Positions 1 to 12,094 of a DNA stretch of 64,000 nt are shown here, piece by piece. The translations under genes and the position numbers were made by a program. A model generated the notes under the pieces. That model was not told where the DNA came from, did no database searches, and saw only the letters and a list, made by a program, of their open reading frames with translations. The stretch spans positions 1 through 64,000 of the forward strand of contig CAUYUJ010000013.1 in NCBI GenBank assembly GCA_963575745.1, written 5' to 3'. The stretch comes from Prorocentrum cordatum (Eukaryota). Each line of letters begins with the position of its first letter. The first letter of the stretch is position 1.

Positions 1-1407
1 CGCTGGCGGCTTCGCGTCGCGGTTGCGCAGTGGGTCCAAGACCTTCGAGCCGAGACTGGAGAGAGGGAGGGAGAAGGCCTACAGCCCCCCATGACATCAC
101 GCACACTTCTTATCCAACTCCGTTGCTCGTTGATTTCAATGTTCAACGACGCACGCAACGCGGCCCGCGAATTCCGAAGCAAGAATGGCAATCGCCAGTT
201 GCGGCGCGAACGCTGAAATTTTGGGCTCGTTGGTGCCGCCACGTTTCCAGAAAAAACGCGCGCTTGATTTCGCAGGGAAACCTGGGACGGAGGCCTCCGA
301 AGCGGCATGTCCAAAAGGCAGGGGAACGGAGGAGAGAGGGGAGGGGAGGAGCAAGGGGATGGGAGGATCAGGAGAGAGGGGCGGAGCAAGGGGGAGGGAG
401 GGAGAGGGGCAGGGAGAGGAGGAGACACGGATGGAGGACGGGAAGGGAGTCCAAAGGGGACGGAGGAAAGGGACGGAGGGCGGGGAAACAAGACGGGGAC
501 GGCGGGGGATGCGGGGAGACGGCGCCCTCACGCCGTGTCGCCGACGGTGCAGTTGACCTCCGCGGGGAGGCGAGAACGCATGCGCGCGCGGCGTCGCGGC
601 GCGGCCGCCGTCTTCCAAACCGCCTCCCCCCCCCAGGGCAAGAATGACGGGGGATCAAGGCGGGAAGGGAGGGGGAGCCAGAGGGAGGGGGGAAGGGGAG
701 GCGAGGGGGGCAAAAGGAGGAGGAAAATGAGGATGAGTCCGGATTCCTCTCCATCCTCATCCGAACCACTCCTCATCCTGGCTTCATCTTTGAAGCGCTG
801 CGAGGGCCAGAGCGCTCGCCGAAAACCCCACGAAAACCGCCAGCCGGCAGGAGGCACCTGAGGCACGGCCCGGCCGTGCAGGGGGCACCGGGGCGAGGCG
901 GACGGCCCTGACTTCGGGATCGAGCAAACCTCTGGTCAGCGCAATTTGGCCCTGGACGCCGACAGGCCCCGCGGCGCGCACCTCTGACCTCCCAGAGGTG
1001 CGCCTGCCAGGCCGGTCCGGCAGGCAAAGGCAGAGCAAGAGAGCCTTCACCCCGCACTGCAACAAAAACTTGGGACACCCAGCGGAGGTGGGCGTGCCAA
1101 AGGTCGGGATACCTTAAAAAATGGGTCAGCGTTCGGACTGGCCTAGTCAGTTCAGGTGATTCCTGTGAGGCCCGAGTGCTGACCTGAGGCAGCAGTTCCA
1201 CGGCCGATTGGTCAGGTCTGTGTTCGGGCGGCCCTGGTGGCACTCAAGTAACTCTGTTGGGGCCCAACACTGACATGACTTGTCTTGATCCATACGGAAG
1301 GTAAAGCCTGCGACTTGGAGGGTCGGCTCCATCCTGGACCATCCTAAACATGTTGTCTGCCCTGGGCATGGAAGCTCGACCTCCGAAATTCACGTATTCG
1401 ATCCTCT

Positions 1408-1612
<205 letters not shown>

Positions 1613-1728
1613 CGAGAACTGGAAGGAGGCGGAGGGAAAAATGATAAGTTACATAAAGTTTAGGCTTTCCACGGGGGTCCATTGGGCCTCGGATGGTGCT
1701 GGAAGGGAAGGTGGACCCATCACTCCCA

Positions 1729-2472
1729 TGCTCCTCCTCCCCCTCCTCCTCCTCCTCCTCTTCCTCCTCCTCCTCCTCCTCCTCCTCCTCCCTCACTCCT
1801 CCTCCTCTCCTACTCCTCCTCCGCCTCCCCTCCCTCCTCCTCCTCCTCCTCCTCCTCCTCCTCCTCCTCACCTCCTCCTCCTCCTTCTCCTCCTCCCCTC
1901 CTCCTCCTCCTCCCCTCCTCCTCCTCCTCCTCCTCCTCCCTCCTCCTCCTCCTCCTCCGCCCCTCGGCCTCCCCTCCTCCTCCCCCTCGTCCTCCCGCGC
2001 CACCTCCCTCCTCTCCTCCCCCTCCCGCCTTCCCCCTCCCCTGCTATTCCCCCTTCCCCTTCCCCCCCCTCATCCTCCTCCCCCTCCTCCTCCCCCCGCC
2101 TCCTCCTCCTCCTCCTCCTCCTCTCCCCTCCCCTCCTCCTCCTCCCTCTCCTCTCCACCGCCTCCTCCACTCCTCCTCCTCCTCCTCCTCTCTCAACTCC
2201 TCCTCCTCCTCCTCCTCCTCCCTCCTCCACCTCCTCTCCTCCTCCTTCCTCCCTCATCCGTCCCTTCTCCACTTCCTCCTCCTCCCCTCCTCCTCCTCCA
2301 CTTCCTCCCCTCCTCCTCCTCCTCCTCCTCTCCTCCTCCTCCTCCACCTCCTCCTCCTCCACCCCCTCCTGCTCCTCCTCCCCCCCTCCTCCTCCTCCTC
2401 CTCCTCCTCCCCTCCTCCTCCTCCTCCTCCTCCTCCTCCTCCTCCTCCTCCTCCTCCTCCTCCTCCTCCTCC
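1729..2472. repeat. degenerate (CCT)n microsatellite
   Basis: Direct reading. Confidence 0.95.
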
Positions 2473-4041
2473 TGTAGCTGCGCGATTAGGTCGCGCAGGC
2501 TGTGTTCAAGGGCAGCCGCGTCCTCCTACTGCTCGAGGGTCCGCCATGGCAGTTGAAGATGTGCGCTTCGCGGGGTCAATGCGGAACTCCCCGACGTCGG
2601 GGTTCATCCTGTCGTCGTTGACGGGGCGGATGATTCGCTCGTCCTCCAGTCTGAATTCAATGCGGTCATTCACCATAGGCGTCGACGAAGGTGACAGCCG
2701 CGACCCGCGGGGCCTCGTGGCGGGTTCCCGGCTGGCTCTTGCCTCCGCGTCGTCGGCATCGCCCTTGGCCCCAGGCGGGGCCTTGCGCCGATGGCGGGAG
2801 CGCTGGTGGCAGAGGCCCCTCGGCGAGTCAGGTGGCCCCCAGTGGGCTTCTCGGCCGTCAAGGGTGCCGTCGTCGGCAACGTTGTAGCTGGCGGCGTCGC
2901 CGCTGGCGGCGCCGTCGCTGCGGCGCCCGTCGAGTTTGGCGGAGTTGCACCTGCAGTCGCCGCCGAAAGTGCCGCCGAGGAGGACGGCGCTGTAGCTGCG
3001 CTGGCGAGGCCTTCGCGGGCGCACTTCTGCTGCTGATAATTTCGCGGAGGATCCAGCCGTGGGGATAGGTGGAGGGGCCCTCGGCGACATGGCCCGAATC
3101 GCCAGGCGGGGGGGGGCGCCAGGGGGACCCCTTTGGGGGGATTCCCATCTTAACGCTCTTGTCAAGGCCAATGCCCGGGTCTACTCCGGGATGGAGCGCC
3201 CAGAGGGGCAGATCCTCGAACTACTCCTGGTAGCCGTACTGGGCGTCGTACTGGTAGTCGTGGTGGCTGGCGTAGCCGTGCTGGCTGTCGTACTGAATGC
3301 CGTGTTGGTAGCCGTACTTGTCGTCGAACTGGAAATGCTCGTGCCGCGAGGCGGATTTCAGCACGCTCGTGACGAGGTCGGAAATAGACTTCGGCGCCTC
3401 TCTGTCGAGGTTGTTGGTCTCCTGCGTGTTACGCAGGTCGTCGCTGAAGTTACCATGGTCGTCAGGATCCGGCGGCGGGCACGTCGTCTGTGGCGGGCTG
3501 CGCCCGACGAGATCCGTTACGATGTCCCTGGTGTCGGGTGCGACGTCTCTGCGCACTCCGCATGCGAGTCGACGCATGGCCGAAATCCGGGTTGTTGCGC
3601 TCCCTGTTGAAAGGGGGCAATGAACTCCACGTACAGTCGGGGCGTTGACCTGAGGAACCCTAAATCAGGAACGGGGCCCCTTTCTCCCGTACGTTGAACT
3701 TCGATTTCCCGTGGAAGACCTCAAGAAAACTGGGGGCAAAAACTGCAGAATAATCCAGGAACGCCGAGCCCCTCTCCAACGAGAAGGGTTCCTTCTTCAG
3801 GGCCCCGACGGTACTCGTGGGTCTCAGCCCTTGCGGGCAATTGGAGCTCGGCAGCAAGCCAGGGATCTCGGTGCACACGTTGGCCTCGAAATGCTTGCGG
3901 GCTGTGTTGGCGCTGGCGGTGGGCTGCTCGGTCGCGGGCTCCAAGCCGTTGGCCACTGCGCGAGGCCAGCGGGCGCCGCGCATGGCCGTCCGCCCCCGCT
4001 CGGGCCCCCCCACCCCTTCGGAAGGGGCTGGGCGGGAGGGC

Positions 4042-4056
4042 CTTGAGCCAAGTTGG
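4042..4056 (-). other. relict spliced leader (15 nt, CCAACTTGGCTCAAG)
   Basis: 13/15 match to the typical relict CCATTTTGGCTCAAG, directly 3' of a full SL. Confidence 0.85.
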
Positions 4057-4078
4057 CTTGAGCCAAAATGGCTATGGA
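4057..4078 (-). other. genomic copy of dinoflagellate spliced leader (TCCATAGCCATTTTGGCTCAAG)
   Basis: 21/22 match to DCCGTAGCCATTTTGGCTCAAG. The mismatch is at the CpG. It is not followed by a GT donor, so it is not an SL RNA gene. Confidence 0.93.
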
Positions 4079-4233
4079 CCTCCTCCTCCTCCTCCTCCTC
4101 CTCCAACTCCTCCTCCTCCTCCTCCTCCTCCTCCAACTCCTCCTCCTCCTCCTCCTCCTCCTCCGCCTCCTCCTCCTCCTGCCCCTCCTCCTCCTCCTCC
4201 TCCTCCTCCTCCTCCTCCTCCAACTCCTTCCCC
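4079..4233. repeat. (CCT)n microsatellite between the two divergent SLs
   Basis: Direct reading. Confidence 0.95.
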
Positions 4234-4255
4234 CCCGTAACCATTTTGGCTCAAG
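4234..4255 (+). other. genomic copy of dinoflagellate spliced leader (CCCGTAACCATTTTGGCTCAAG) at LINE 5' end
   Basis: CCGTAACCATTTTGGCTCAAG matches the SL core at 20/21. It is followed by ACGG, not GT. Confidence 0.92.
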
Positions 4256-4421
4256 ACGGGAACTCCTCCCCGTCCCGACTCCAGGGGCTCGAGGCCGAGG
4301 TGGAAGGGCAGCCCCTTCCCAGGCCTGGCTGCCTCGACCAGCGCGCGGCCAGCGGTGGCCACTTTGCAACCACGGCACTGCGAGTGACCTTCTCCTTTCT
4401 TCTTTCGCTCGTGCTCGCGCC

Positions 4422-5642
4422 ATGGCATGGGGCCGCAGTGCTTCCTTGCGCGGCGGGCGCAATGGCGCCTGGGGCCGCGGCAACAAGAAGCGAGCTGCCC
4501 GTGACAGTGGCGGTGATCGAGAAGATGACGTATGCTCTTCCTGCCGCCACTGGGACTTCAACCACCATGGGAATTGGTGCTGCTCTCGGTGCGGAGGCAT
4601 GTACCTCGCTGATGTCGGACAAGAGCCAGGAGGTGGTCAACCTGCTGGAGGTGCAGCTGGAGGGAACGGACAAGGGGGACCCGCTGATGATCCTCAACTT
4701 CGTGCAGCAGCTGCCGTCTTGCTCGCTGCCCGTCCTGACCTACATAATGTTCTTGGTAGATTGGTTCCTCCTCCTCCGCGTGAACCTGATGAGTGGACCG
4801 CGGCCCAGTATACTGATGCTGCCCGTCAGGAACACACTCGGCTCACAAAGGAGGTGGAGAACTACGCTAAGTCCGTGCGCCCGGCCGCCCAGGAGGTGCA
4901 CCATCGTGCTAACAAGGTTTCGAAGCTGGAGGAGCCCCTGCGCGACGCTCGGGAACACCACCAGCAGGCGGAGATCGATCTCCAGGAGCCCGAGAAGCAG
5001 AGGCGGAACGCCGACGACGCCCTGGGCCGCTTCTGCCAGGATGCCCGGGTGCCGGCGAAGCGGCCGGAGCACGCGCAAGCCGCCGAGGCCGCCCGCGCTG
5101 CCCGCGCCGCCCCCGCGCCCGCCGCCGCCCAGGCCCCGCGGGAGGCAGCGGCGGCCGCCCAGCCTGGCGGAGGCGCGGCCCCCGCCGCGGCGGCCGCTGG
5201 CCCAGGCACGGCGGCGCCCGCGGCGCCCGCTGCTGCTGCTCCTCGGGCCCGCATGGACGTCGACCTGCCTGAGCTCAACGCCATGGATGACGCCCAGATC
5301 CGCCGGTTCTGCCTGGACAGTAGTCCTCCCTACGGTCTGGTCGCCCGCTTCGCCGAGATGCAACGGCAGATCAACGAGGGCGTGCCATCTGAAGTGGGGG
5401 GCGACGCAGGATCCGAGCCTGGCGACCTTGCCCAAGATCGAGCTGACGAGGTGGCGGCCCTTCGCAAACGTTCATCGGAAGGTGCCTTGGCTGATGCCGA
5501 CCAGACGCGGATGGAGACCCTCATGTTCGAGAAGGCCAGCTCTCGGTCCGCGAAGAAAGTCCGTCGTGTGCAACGGGGCGTCGGCGCCAGCATCAAGGAG
5601 CTTTTCAAGGCGGCGCTCGCGGAGATGCCGTCGCTGATGTAG
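4422..5642 (+). CDS. LINE ORF1 protein (406 aa): C4 zinc finger, coiled coil, Ala/Pro-rich linker
   Basis: ATG at 4422 (MAWGRS...) is in frame with ORF 4068-5642. CSSC-x5-N-x6-CSRC resembles a RanBP2-type finger. Heptad-like segment ARQEHTRLTKEVENY...KQRRNADDAL. Ends immediately before the ORF2 endonuclease. Confidence 0.75.
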   Translation: MAWGRSASLRGGRNGAWGRGNKKRAARDSGGDREDDVCSSCRHWDFNHHGNWCCSRCGGMYLADVGQEPGGGQPAGGAAGGNGQGGPADDPQLRAAAAVLLAARPDLHNVLGRLVPPPPREPDEWTAAQYTDAARQEHTRLTKEVENYAKSVRPAAQEVHHRANKVSKLEEPLRDAREHHQQAEIDLQEPEKQRRNADDALGRFCQDARVPAKRPEHAQAAEAARAARAAPAPAAAQAPREAAAAAQPGGGAAPAAAAAGPGTAAPAAPAAAAPRARMDVDLPELNAMDDAQIRRFCLDSSPPYGLVARFAEMQRQINEGVPSEVGGDAGSEPGDLAQDRADEVAALRKRSSEGALADADQTRMETLMFEKASSRSAKKVRRVQRGVGASIKELFKAALAEMPSLM

Positions 5643-8600
5643 TGGGTCAGGGCTTCGCTCTCTATTCTGGAATGTAACTATTTGGAGCCCTCTTGCCAAA
5701 TCTTTCGCTGCTCAGTTGCGTAGTAAGGCTGGCGCCTCCTGTTCGCCGGACACCGCCAGCTCCCAGCCGATTTGAAGTCGGCCAAGCGTGATGTGGCCAC
5801 CGCTGGGTGGCGCCCCCATTTCCTCCCGGCCCCTCCCTCCCCCGGGAGAGGGGCCCGCGGTGGTGTCGGAACCGCGGTGCACAAAGGCATGTTGTCCAAG
5901 CGCTTTCTGGCCCAAGCTGGCCAACTTAGGGACGTAGGCATTTGCAATGGCTGAATGTTCCTGGAGCTCCGAACCCAATCCTGCGCGATGGCCGTCGGGG
6001 TTGTATATAAGGTAGCTGATCTGGGGGTCTCGGGCGTGAACATTACCAAGATGAAAGAAATTGCGTCTTTCGTGAGTACTTTCACCATGCATTGGTTCCT
6101 GATGGGGACTACAACATCAGTCTAGCTCATATGGAGGCCTGTGGTTGCTTGAAGATGGTTCGTGGTAAAGCTCTACCTCCAGCTGGCGTCTCTCTCACTT
6201 GCAGTAATGGAGGTGGATCCATGATTGACTGCTCGATTGCCTGTGACTCTTTGGCTCCGTACTTTCGAGTGTCCAAGTACCACGCTTCCCCCGGAGACGC
6301 ACTGCTGCATTGAGGTGCGGCTCCCGCATGAAGCCCTGGTCCAGACTATGTCCAAGCGTGTTCGGCCTCTCCCACTGCCCAGTCATGAGGGACCTGTGCT
6401 GCCGTGGGAGTACCATTTCCAGACTGCGCTGGCCGACTGGGCTCCACCTCGCGCGGGCCCTCCACCTCAACTTCCCCACATCCAGGCCAACCTCTCTGAT
6501 GACCTGACGTCGTCGTATCTGTTGTGCTCGCGTACTTACGAGAGGATGAAGCTTTCGATCTTAGGAGAAGACGAGGATAATGACCATCGAGGTCGGGGAG
6601 ATTTTGTTGATTTTCGCCTCACTACCTTGACTGATCATGCCTCACGCAGTGGCTGTGTTGCCCAGCCTTTGCTTACCTGTTGGTCCACCGTGTCGCAGAA
6701 ACTGCATGAGATGAGGGCGGCGGTGAGAAAGGGATACGGACGCATGCTTCTCTAACTATCTGCCCGACTGGGTGCCCTGGGACGCCGCCTTCTTCCGCAC
6801 TGTGAATGCCTCCCAGCTGATCAGACCGCCCAAGAGTGGCAGGCTCAGCTAGCGGACCTGGACCGTGTTCAGGCCCTGATAGATCGATGCAGTGAAGTCT
6901 TGTCCAGGGCATGGCAGCTCGCCCGTGTCTCAGCAACTAAGGCGATTAAGGATTGGCTGTCGCGGGCGCTCCCTCGAGGCGTCTCCAAGGCTCATGCCTG
7001 GCTCAGGCGTGAAGAGTAGGAGGGATTCGAATTTGTTGTTGCCCTCCAGGGCGCCCTCCAGCTCCCCCAGGAGATGAGGGCCCATCGTGAGAAGGTCTTG
7101 GGGTTTTTGGGCTGCCAGCCCGGCCCAGATACGACAGCTGGATGGGGCTTTGGATGAGCTCCGCTCGCGCGCCTTGGACTACGCGCCTGGGCTTCCTGAA
7201 ATCACCCCCCGCGGGACCTCCACCTCGCCTCCAGGGTCTTCTCTGAAACCACTGCGGTCGGGGTGGATGGCAAGAGGCCGCGTGATGTCTTGGATGTGAA
7301 TGATGGTGCTGCCGAAATGCTCGTGGGTTTGTCTAACGACTGCGAGGCTAGGATGACGTGGCGTGCCCACGCCCTCCTTGGGATTAGCTGTCTGCTCCCC
7401 AAGAGGAAAGTTGACGAGCGTCCTGCGTGCAAATGCCCCACCCTGCACCGTGTGCGCTGTAAAATGAGGGGGGAGTTTCTGGCAACCTGGAGTCGGAGTC
7501 ATATCGACTACTGGGATGACGCCATCAAAAGAAGTTCCGCCCTCCAAGCTGCGCTGCGTCGTGAGCTGTCCCATGAGGTGGCGAATTTCCAGGGTGCCGC
7601 GAGTGTCGCGATCCATTGGGATCTGAAGAAGTTTTTCGATACGGTCGCCCCTTTCAGGCTTGTGAAGTTCGCCATTGATCTGAACTCCCCCCCACACACA
7701 CATCACCTGTTGCATCTTGGGCTCCTTGGCCATGTTGCCCCGAGGATGCTCGAGAGAAGTGGCTTTTGCTCCCAGGTCATACCCGCAGGAGTTGGAGTCC
7801 TCCCAGGTTTCATGCAATCGATGTATTGGATGAAGATATATCTTTATCAGATATTGGATGATGTCCACAATCGCTACTTCTTTGCTACGCCTTCTGTGTC
7901 TACTAGATCGCATGTCGATGACATATCCCAGGTATGCCAGGGAGCGGACGACCTGGTTAGGCGTCAGATCGTTGCTGCTGCTGCACTCCTCGGCCTGTCG
8001 GTTGAAGCAGCCGAACTTGTTTTATCGAATACGTCTGCGGTTGTCGCTGACCGTCGGCCTCTCGCCCGCCTCGTGGCCGGCGACTTCAAAGCTGCTGGCT
8101 TACCTGTCAGGATGGAGGTCACGAGGGACTTGGGAACGTCTACCACGGCAGGCAAAAGGAGGACTTGTTCTATTGTACGCGTTCGATGGCGGAAGGCTGC
8201 GGCACGTTGCAAGCGAGTGCGCTACCTCACGTCCGTGGTTAAGAAATCTTCTAAGCTGTACTTACAAACCTGCAGTGCTCGCCGCAGGCACCTGGGGCCA
8301 CAATATTGCTGGTCTCTCTGGGGCCCAAGTCCAGAGCGCACGTGGGCAGGCGGCTGTCTGCTCCGGTCGTCGGCGTGCTGGCGCCCGTTCGACTACCATC
8401 CTGAGTGTCTATGGCGCCGCGCAGCACGACCCTATGTTCCGACTGCGGCGTGAACAATTAACAGGCTTTGTGGATCTTTGGAAGTCCCTCCCTGATAGGA
8501 AAATGTGTTGGTTTCGCAGGTTTGGCAAGCCCGTTTTCAGGAGTACATCAGTATTCCTAAGAACCAGGTTTGGGAAAAGGTCCGTGGTCCTGTCGGTGCC

Positions 8601-10258
8601 ACGGTTGCCGCTTTGCTCGGTTTGGAATGGTGTCCCCTGTATCCTGTGCAGTGGCGCGATAAGTTTGGCAATGACCTCTTCACTGAGGCCCCTGATTTTC
8701 CGTATACTCTGCGACTTGCTGTCAATGACACGTGTAGTAGTGTGGTCTGGCGCCAGGCGGCGCAGCATTACCATGGGTACGGAATCGCTTCGGGGGTTGA
8801 TTTCACCGTTCTCAAACAGGAGTTGAGTCATCTAGGAAAGGACCTTGATTTTGAGGGTCAGTCGTTGCTTTGGAGCATTGTCTCGGGGGGCTACTGGACT
8901 GATCAGCGGCTCCACGACGAGGGGTACCAAACGGGGTCCCAGGGCCGTTGCCCCCGATGTGGTGAAGTTGGTGAGACCCCCTTTTCATAGGTTTTGGGAC
9001 TGCAGGTGCAACGATTCCATCCCAGATCCTATCACGGAGCGCACTGCTCCACTTCGTGAGCAAGCCGCTCGTGATGTTGCTTGCCCTATTCTCTGGTGTC
9101 GCGGGCTAATGCCTCGAGATAGGTCGGTTGGACATCTCCCGATCGCGACTGGAGAAGTCATTGGTTGGGGATCGTTCGATGGGCTGCCTGTCCGCCAAGG
9201 GGGTGTTTGGGGCATCGATGGTTCGGGCGGTGAGCATGCTAAGGATGACAGACTAAGGCGTTTTGTGTGGGCCTGTGTCAGGCTCAGACCGACTTTGGAC
9301 AATATGTATGGTGGCGTCGCGGGGACTCTTGGTGGTGAGCAGTCTAGTCCCCGAGCTGGGTTATTAGCACTTATATGTGTCGATATACATACGGCCGTAT
9401 CTTGGTTTGCAGTGATTACTTCCCTGTTGTTCGAGCTTTTCGGCGTCCACGGGCCTTGTTGGCCAAGTCCGATATGTTAGACCTCTGGGTTCGCCAGTGG
9501 GAAGTCCTTGATGCGCGAGAGGGTGAAGTCGATCTCAGGTGGACCAAGAGTCACCCCACAAGCTCCCAGGTCAGCGCCCTCGGTCTCACGTTGATTGAGC
9601 GGCTCCTGAATGGAGCTGCCGACGCCTGTGCTGGGGAAATGGCCCGTCGTGCGGCCATTCCTCACAACTCGGCGGCCATCGCTTTTGCACAGGACCAGTT
9701 GAACAGAGACATTCTTCGGAGACTCCTGGATCCAGCGTGAGGTTGTTGTGTAGTGTCCTCGTGAGCGCACCTCGCACGCGCGTGTTGGGCATGAGCATGT
9801 GCGTGTGCGTGCGAGTGCGAGCAGTGCGCAGATCAGGCTAGAGCGTCTCTACGAGCAGGGACACTCCCCTGTCGAGCGGAGGACTCTTTTCAAGTGTAGT
9901 ATCTGCTGCTCCTGCTTCAGCAAGAAGGGGCCATTGTCGGTGTTCTGGCCTGGCCCCTGCTGTACTGGACGTTTTTCCCAGTATCGTGTGCCTCGTGAGG
10001 ATGATGATCCCGTTTTTGATCTCCCTGAGGCCGCTGGTTCTGGGGCCGCTGGTCACCCACCGGCCAAAGTGTGCCATGAGACCCACTCCCTTTCGGAGTT
10101 GAACGGTGTGCTGTTTTGTACTGTGTAGCAGTTTTGCGGTTTCCAGTGCCCGAAATTTGAAAAGCGAATGTCGGCCTCCGACCAAGAAAGGTCGTGGGGC
10201 ACTGGACCGATTGGGAAGAGGGCTCCCGCCCAAGTCGGGAATGGCCTTCCCTCTGTGA
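5641..10258 (+). pseudogene. LINE ORF2 pseudogene: apurinic-like endonuclease, reverse transcriptase, zinc finger, RNase H, Cys/His-rich C-terminus
   Basis: EN: LFWNV (~5662), GDYN (~6104), MIDC (~6221). RT: WDLKKFFDTV (~7617), GVLPG, HVDD (~7910). zf: CPRCGEVGET..HRFWDC (~8950-9003). RNase H: GIDGSGG, QSSPRA, CSD, WTKSH, NGAADACA (9210-9630). C-terminus HETHSL...LFCTV. Many stops and frameshifts. Confidence 0.9.
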
Positions 10259-10353
10259 GTATGGTGGGGCGGCCAGGCTAGCACCTGGGCACCGCGCTTC
10301 CGCCATAGCGCCATGGCTCCAACTCCTTCCCCAACTCCAACTCCAACTTATAT

Positions 10354-10946
10354 TCCTCCTCCTCCTCCTCCTCCTCCTCCTCCTCCTCCTCATCCTCTAT
10401 TTCCTCCTCTATTTCCTTCTCCCCGTCGTTCCATCAATCCCTCTCTCCCTCCCTCTCCTTCCCGTCTCCTCCTGCCCCCCTCCCCGTCCGCCTCCACATC
10501 CTCCTCTCTCATCCTCTCCATTCCCACCCTTCCCTTCCTCCCCTCCCCCCTCCTCCCCCCGCAGCTGGCCCAGCCCCCGCCGACCGTCACGTAGCCGTTG
10601 AGGAGGTACCCGTTGTGAGCGCACTCGTCCACGCTGTCCGAAATCTTCGCCACGACTCGGCGCCGGCGCGCCCCCGTCCAGCCGCCGCCGCCGCCGCCGC
10701 TGCTGCTGCTGCTGCTGCTGCCTGGCGCTACCCTCTCTTTCCACCCCTCCCTCCTCCCTCTCCTCCCTCCTCCTCCTCCTCCTCATCCTCCTCCTCCTCT
10801 CTCCTCCTCCTCCTCCCTCCTCCTCGTCCTCTCGTGCTCGTGCTCGTCCTCGTCTTCGTCTTCGTCGTCCTCCTCGGCCTCCTCCTCCTCCTCCTCCTCT
10901 CCGCCTCCTCCTCCTCCTCCTCCCACCTCCTCCTCCTCCTCCTCCT

Positions 10947-10979
<33 letters not shown>

Positions 10980-11114
10980 CTCCTCCTTTTCCTCCTCCTC
11001 CTCCTCTTCCTCTTCCTCCTTTTCCTCCTCCTCCTTTTCCTCCTCCTCCTCCTCCTCCTCTTCGTCTTCGTGTTATTATTATTACTAATCGTATTCTTAG
11101 TATTATTGTTATTA

Positions 11115-11175
<61 letters not shown>

Positions 11176-11235
11176 GATTATTATTATGATTATTATTATT
11201 ATTATTAGTGTTATTATTATTATTATTATTAGTAT

Positions 11236-11270
<35 letters not shown>

Positions 11271-11775
11271 GTATTAGCATTAGTAGAATTATCAGCATCA
11301 TCATTAGTATTAGCATTATTAGTATTACGAGTATTTTTATTATGCTTATTCTTCTTCTTATTATTAATACTATTACTAATATTATTAGTATTATTATTAT
11401 TAATGTTATTATTCGTGTTAGCATTATTATCTTTATTATCATTAATATCATTAGTATTAGTATTAGTATGTGTCTTATTCGTAGTATTATTATTAATATT
11501 ATTGATATTAGTCTTATTATTATTAATATTATTATTAATTGTCTGGTTATTATTCTTCTTATTATTATTATTATTATTATTCTTACTCCTCCTCCTCCTC
11601 CTCCTCCTCCTCCTCCTTCTCCTCCCCCTCCTCCTCCTCCTCCTCCTCCTCCACCACCTCCACCTCCTCCTCCTCCTCCTCCACCACCTCCACCTCCATC
11701 CCCATTTCCACCTCCACCTCCTCCTCCTCCTCCTCGTCCTCCTCCTCTTCCTCCTCCTCCTCCTCCTCCTCTTCC
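10354..11775. repeat. compound microsatellite block: (CCT)n, (GCC/GCT)n, ~500-bp (ATT)n at 11073-11582, (CCT/CCA)n
   Basis: Direct reading. Confidence 0.93.
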
Positions 11776-12094
11776 TTTTACGTTAGACCAACCTGAGATT
11801 TCCCTGTGGCGCTCTCAAAGTGCAATTACCTAGGAACGTACCCAAGCCTTTGCACACATGAGGCGACTATACATCCGACCGCTCAATACAAAAGCGAGCA
11901 TTGAAGGATCCGCCGTGCCCTTGGGCGATTCGCCCAAGAACGTCGGGCCATAATCACATGTTCACATATGCGGCGTCGCTCTTAATAGTCGGGCAGGAAG
12001 GCGGCCACGAGGGAGTGTGGAAACACAAGAAAGAGAGACGGTTGGAGACATAATTCGTGGGAGCAGCGCCACTGGACCCCCCAACATCGCAACC

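Larger units (their letters stand above)
2477..4078 (-). pseudogene. SL-headed retrocopy (decayed retroposed transcript or 5' part of a retroelement), product unknown
   Basis: Begins with DinoSL plus a relict SL on the minus strand. It is followed by short coding-like ORFs in changing frames (MRGARWPRA... ending at 3660; 3221-3577; 2506-3171) and ends at a (CCT)n tract. The left boundary is uncertain. Confidence 0.55.
4234..10316 (+). mobile_element. full-length, decayed non-LTR retrotransposon (LINE; ORF1 + APE-RT-zf-RNaseH ORF2)
   Basis: SL at the 5' end. 16-bp direct repeat CTCCAACTCCTTCCCC at 4218-4233 and 10317-10332 (TSD). Domain motifs lie in the expected order. No poly(A) tail. Confidence 0.88.

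Noticed and set aside
784..1340. Cys-rich minus-strand ORFs as a LINE 3' remnant (similar at 14780-15050 and 11800-12090)
   Set aside because: The resemblance is too weak and frameshifted to support without a profile search.
4042..4255. SL RNA genes
   Set aside because: Neither SL is followed by a GT donor and SL intron. Both lead into transcript-like sequence.
4234..10316. DNMT domain in the SL-headed LINE
   Set aside because: No C5-MTase motifs were seen in the translated frames of this element.
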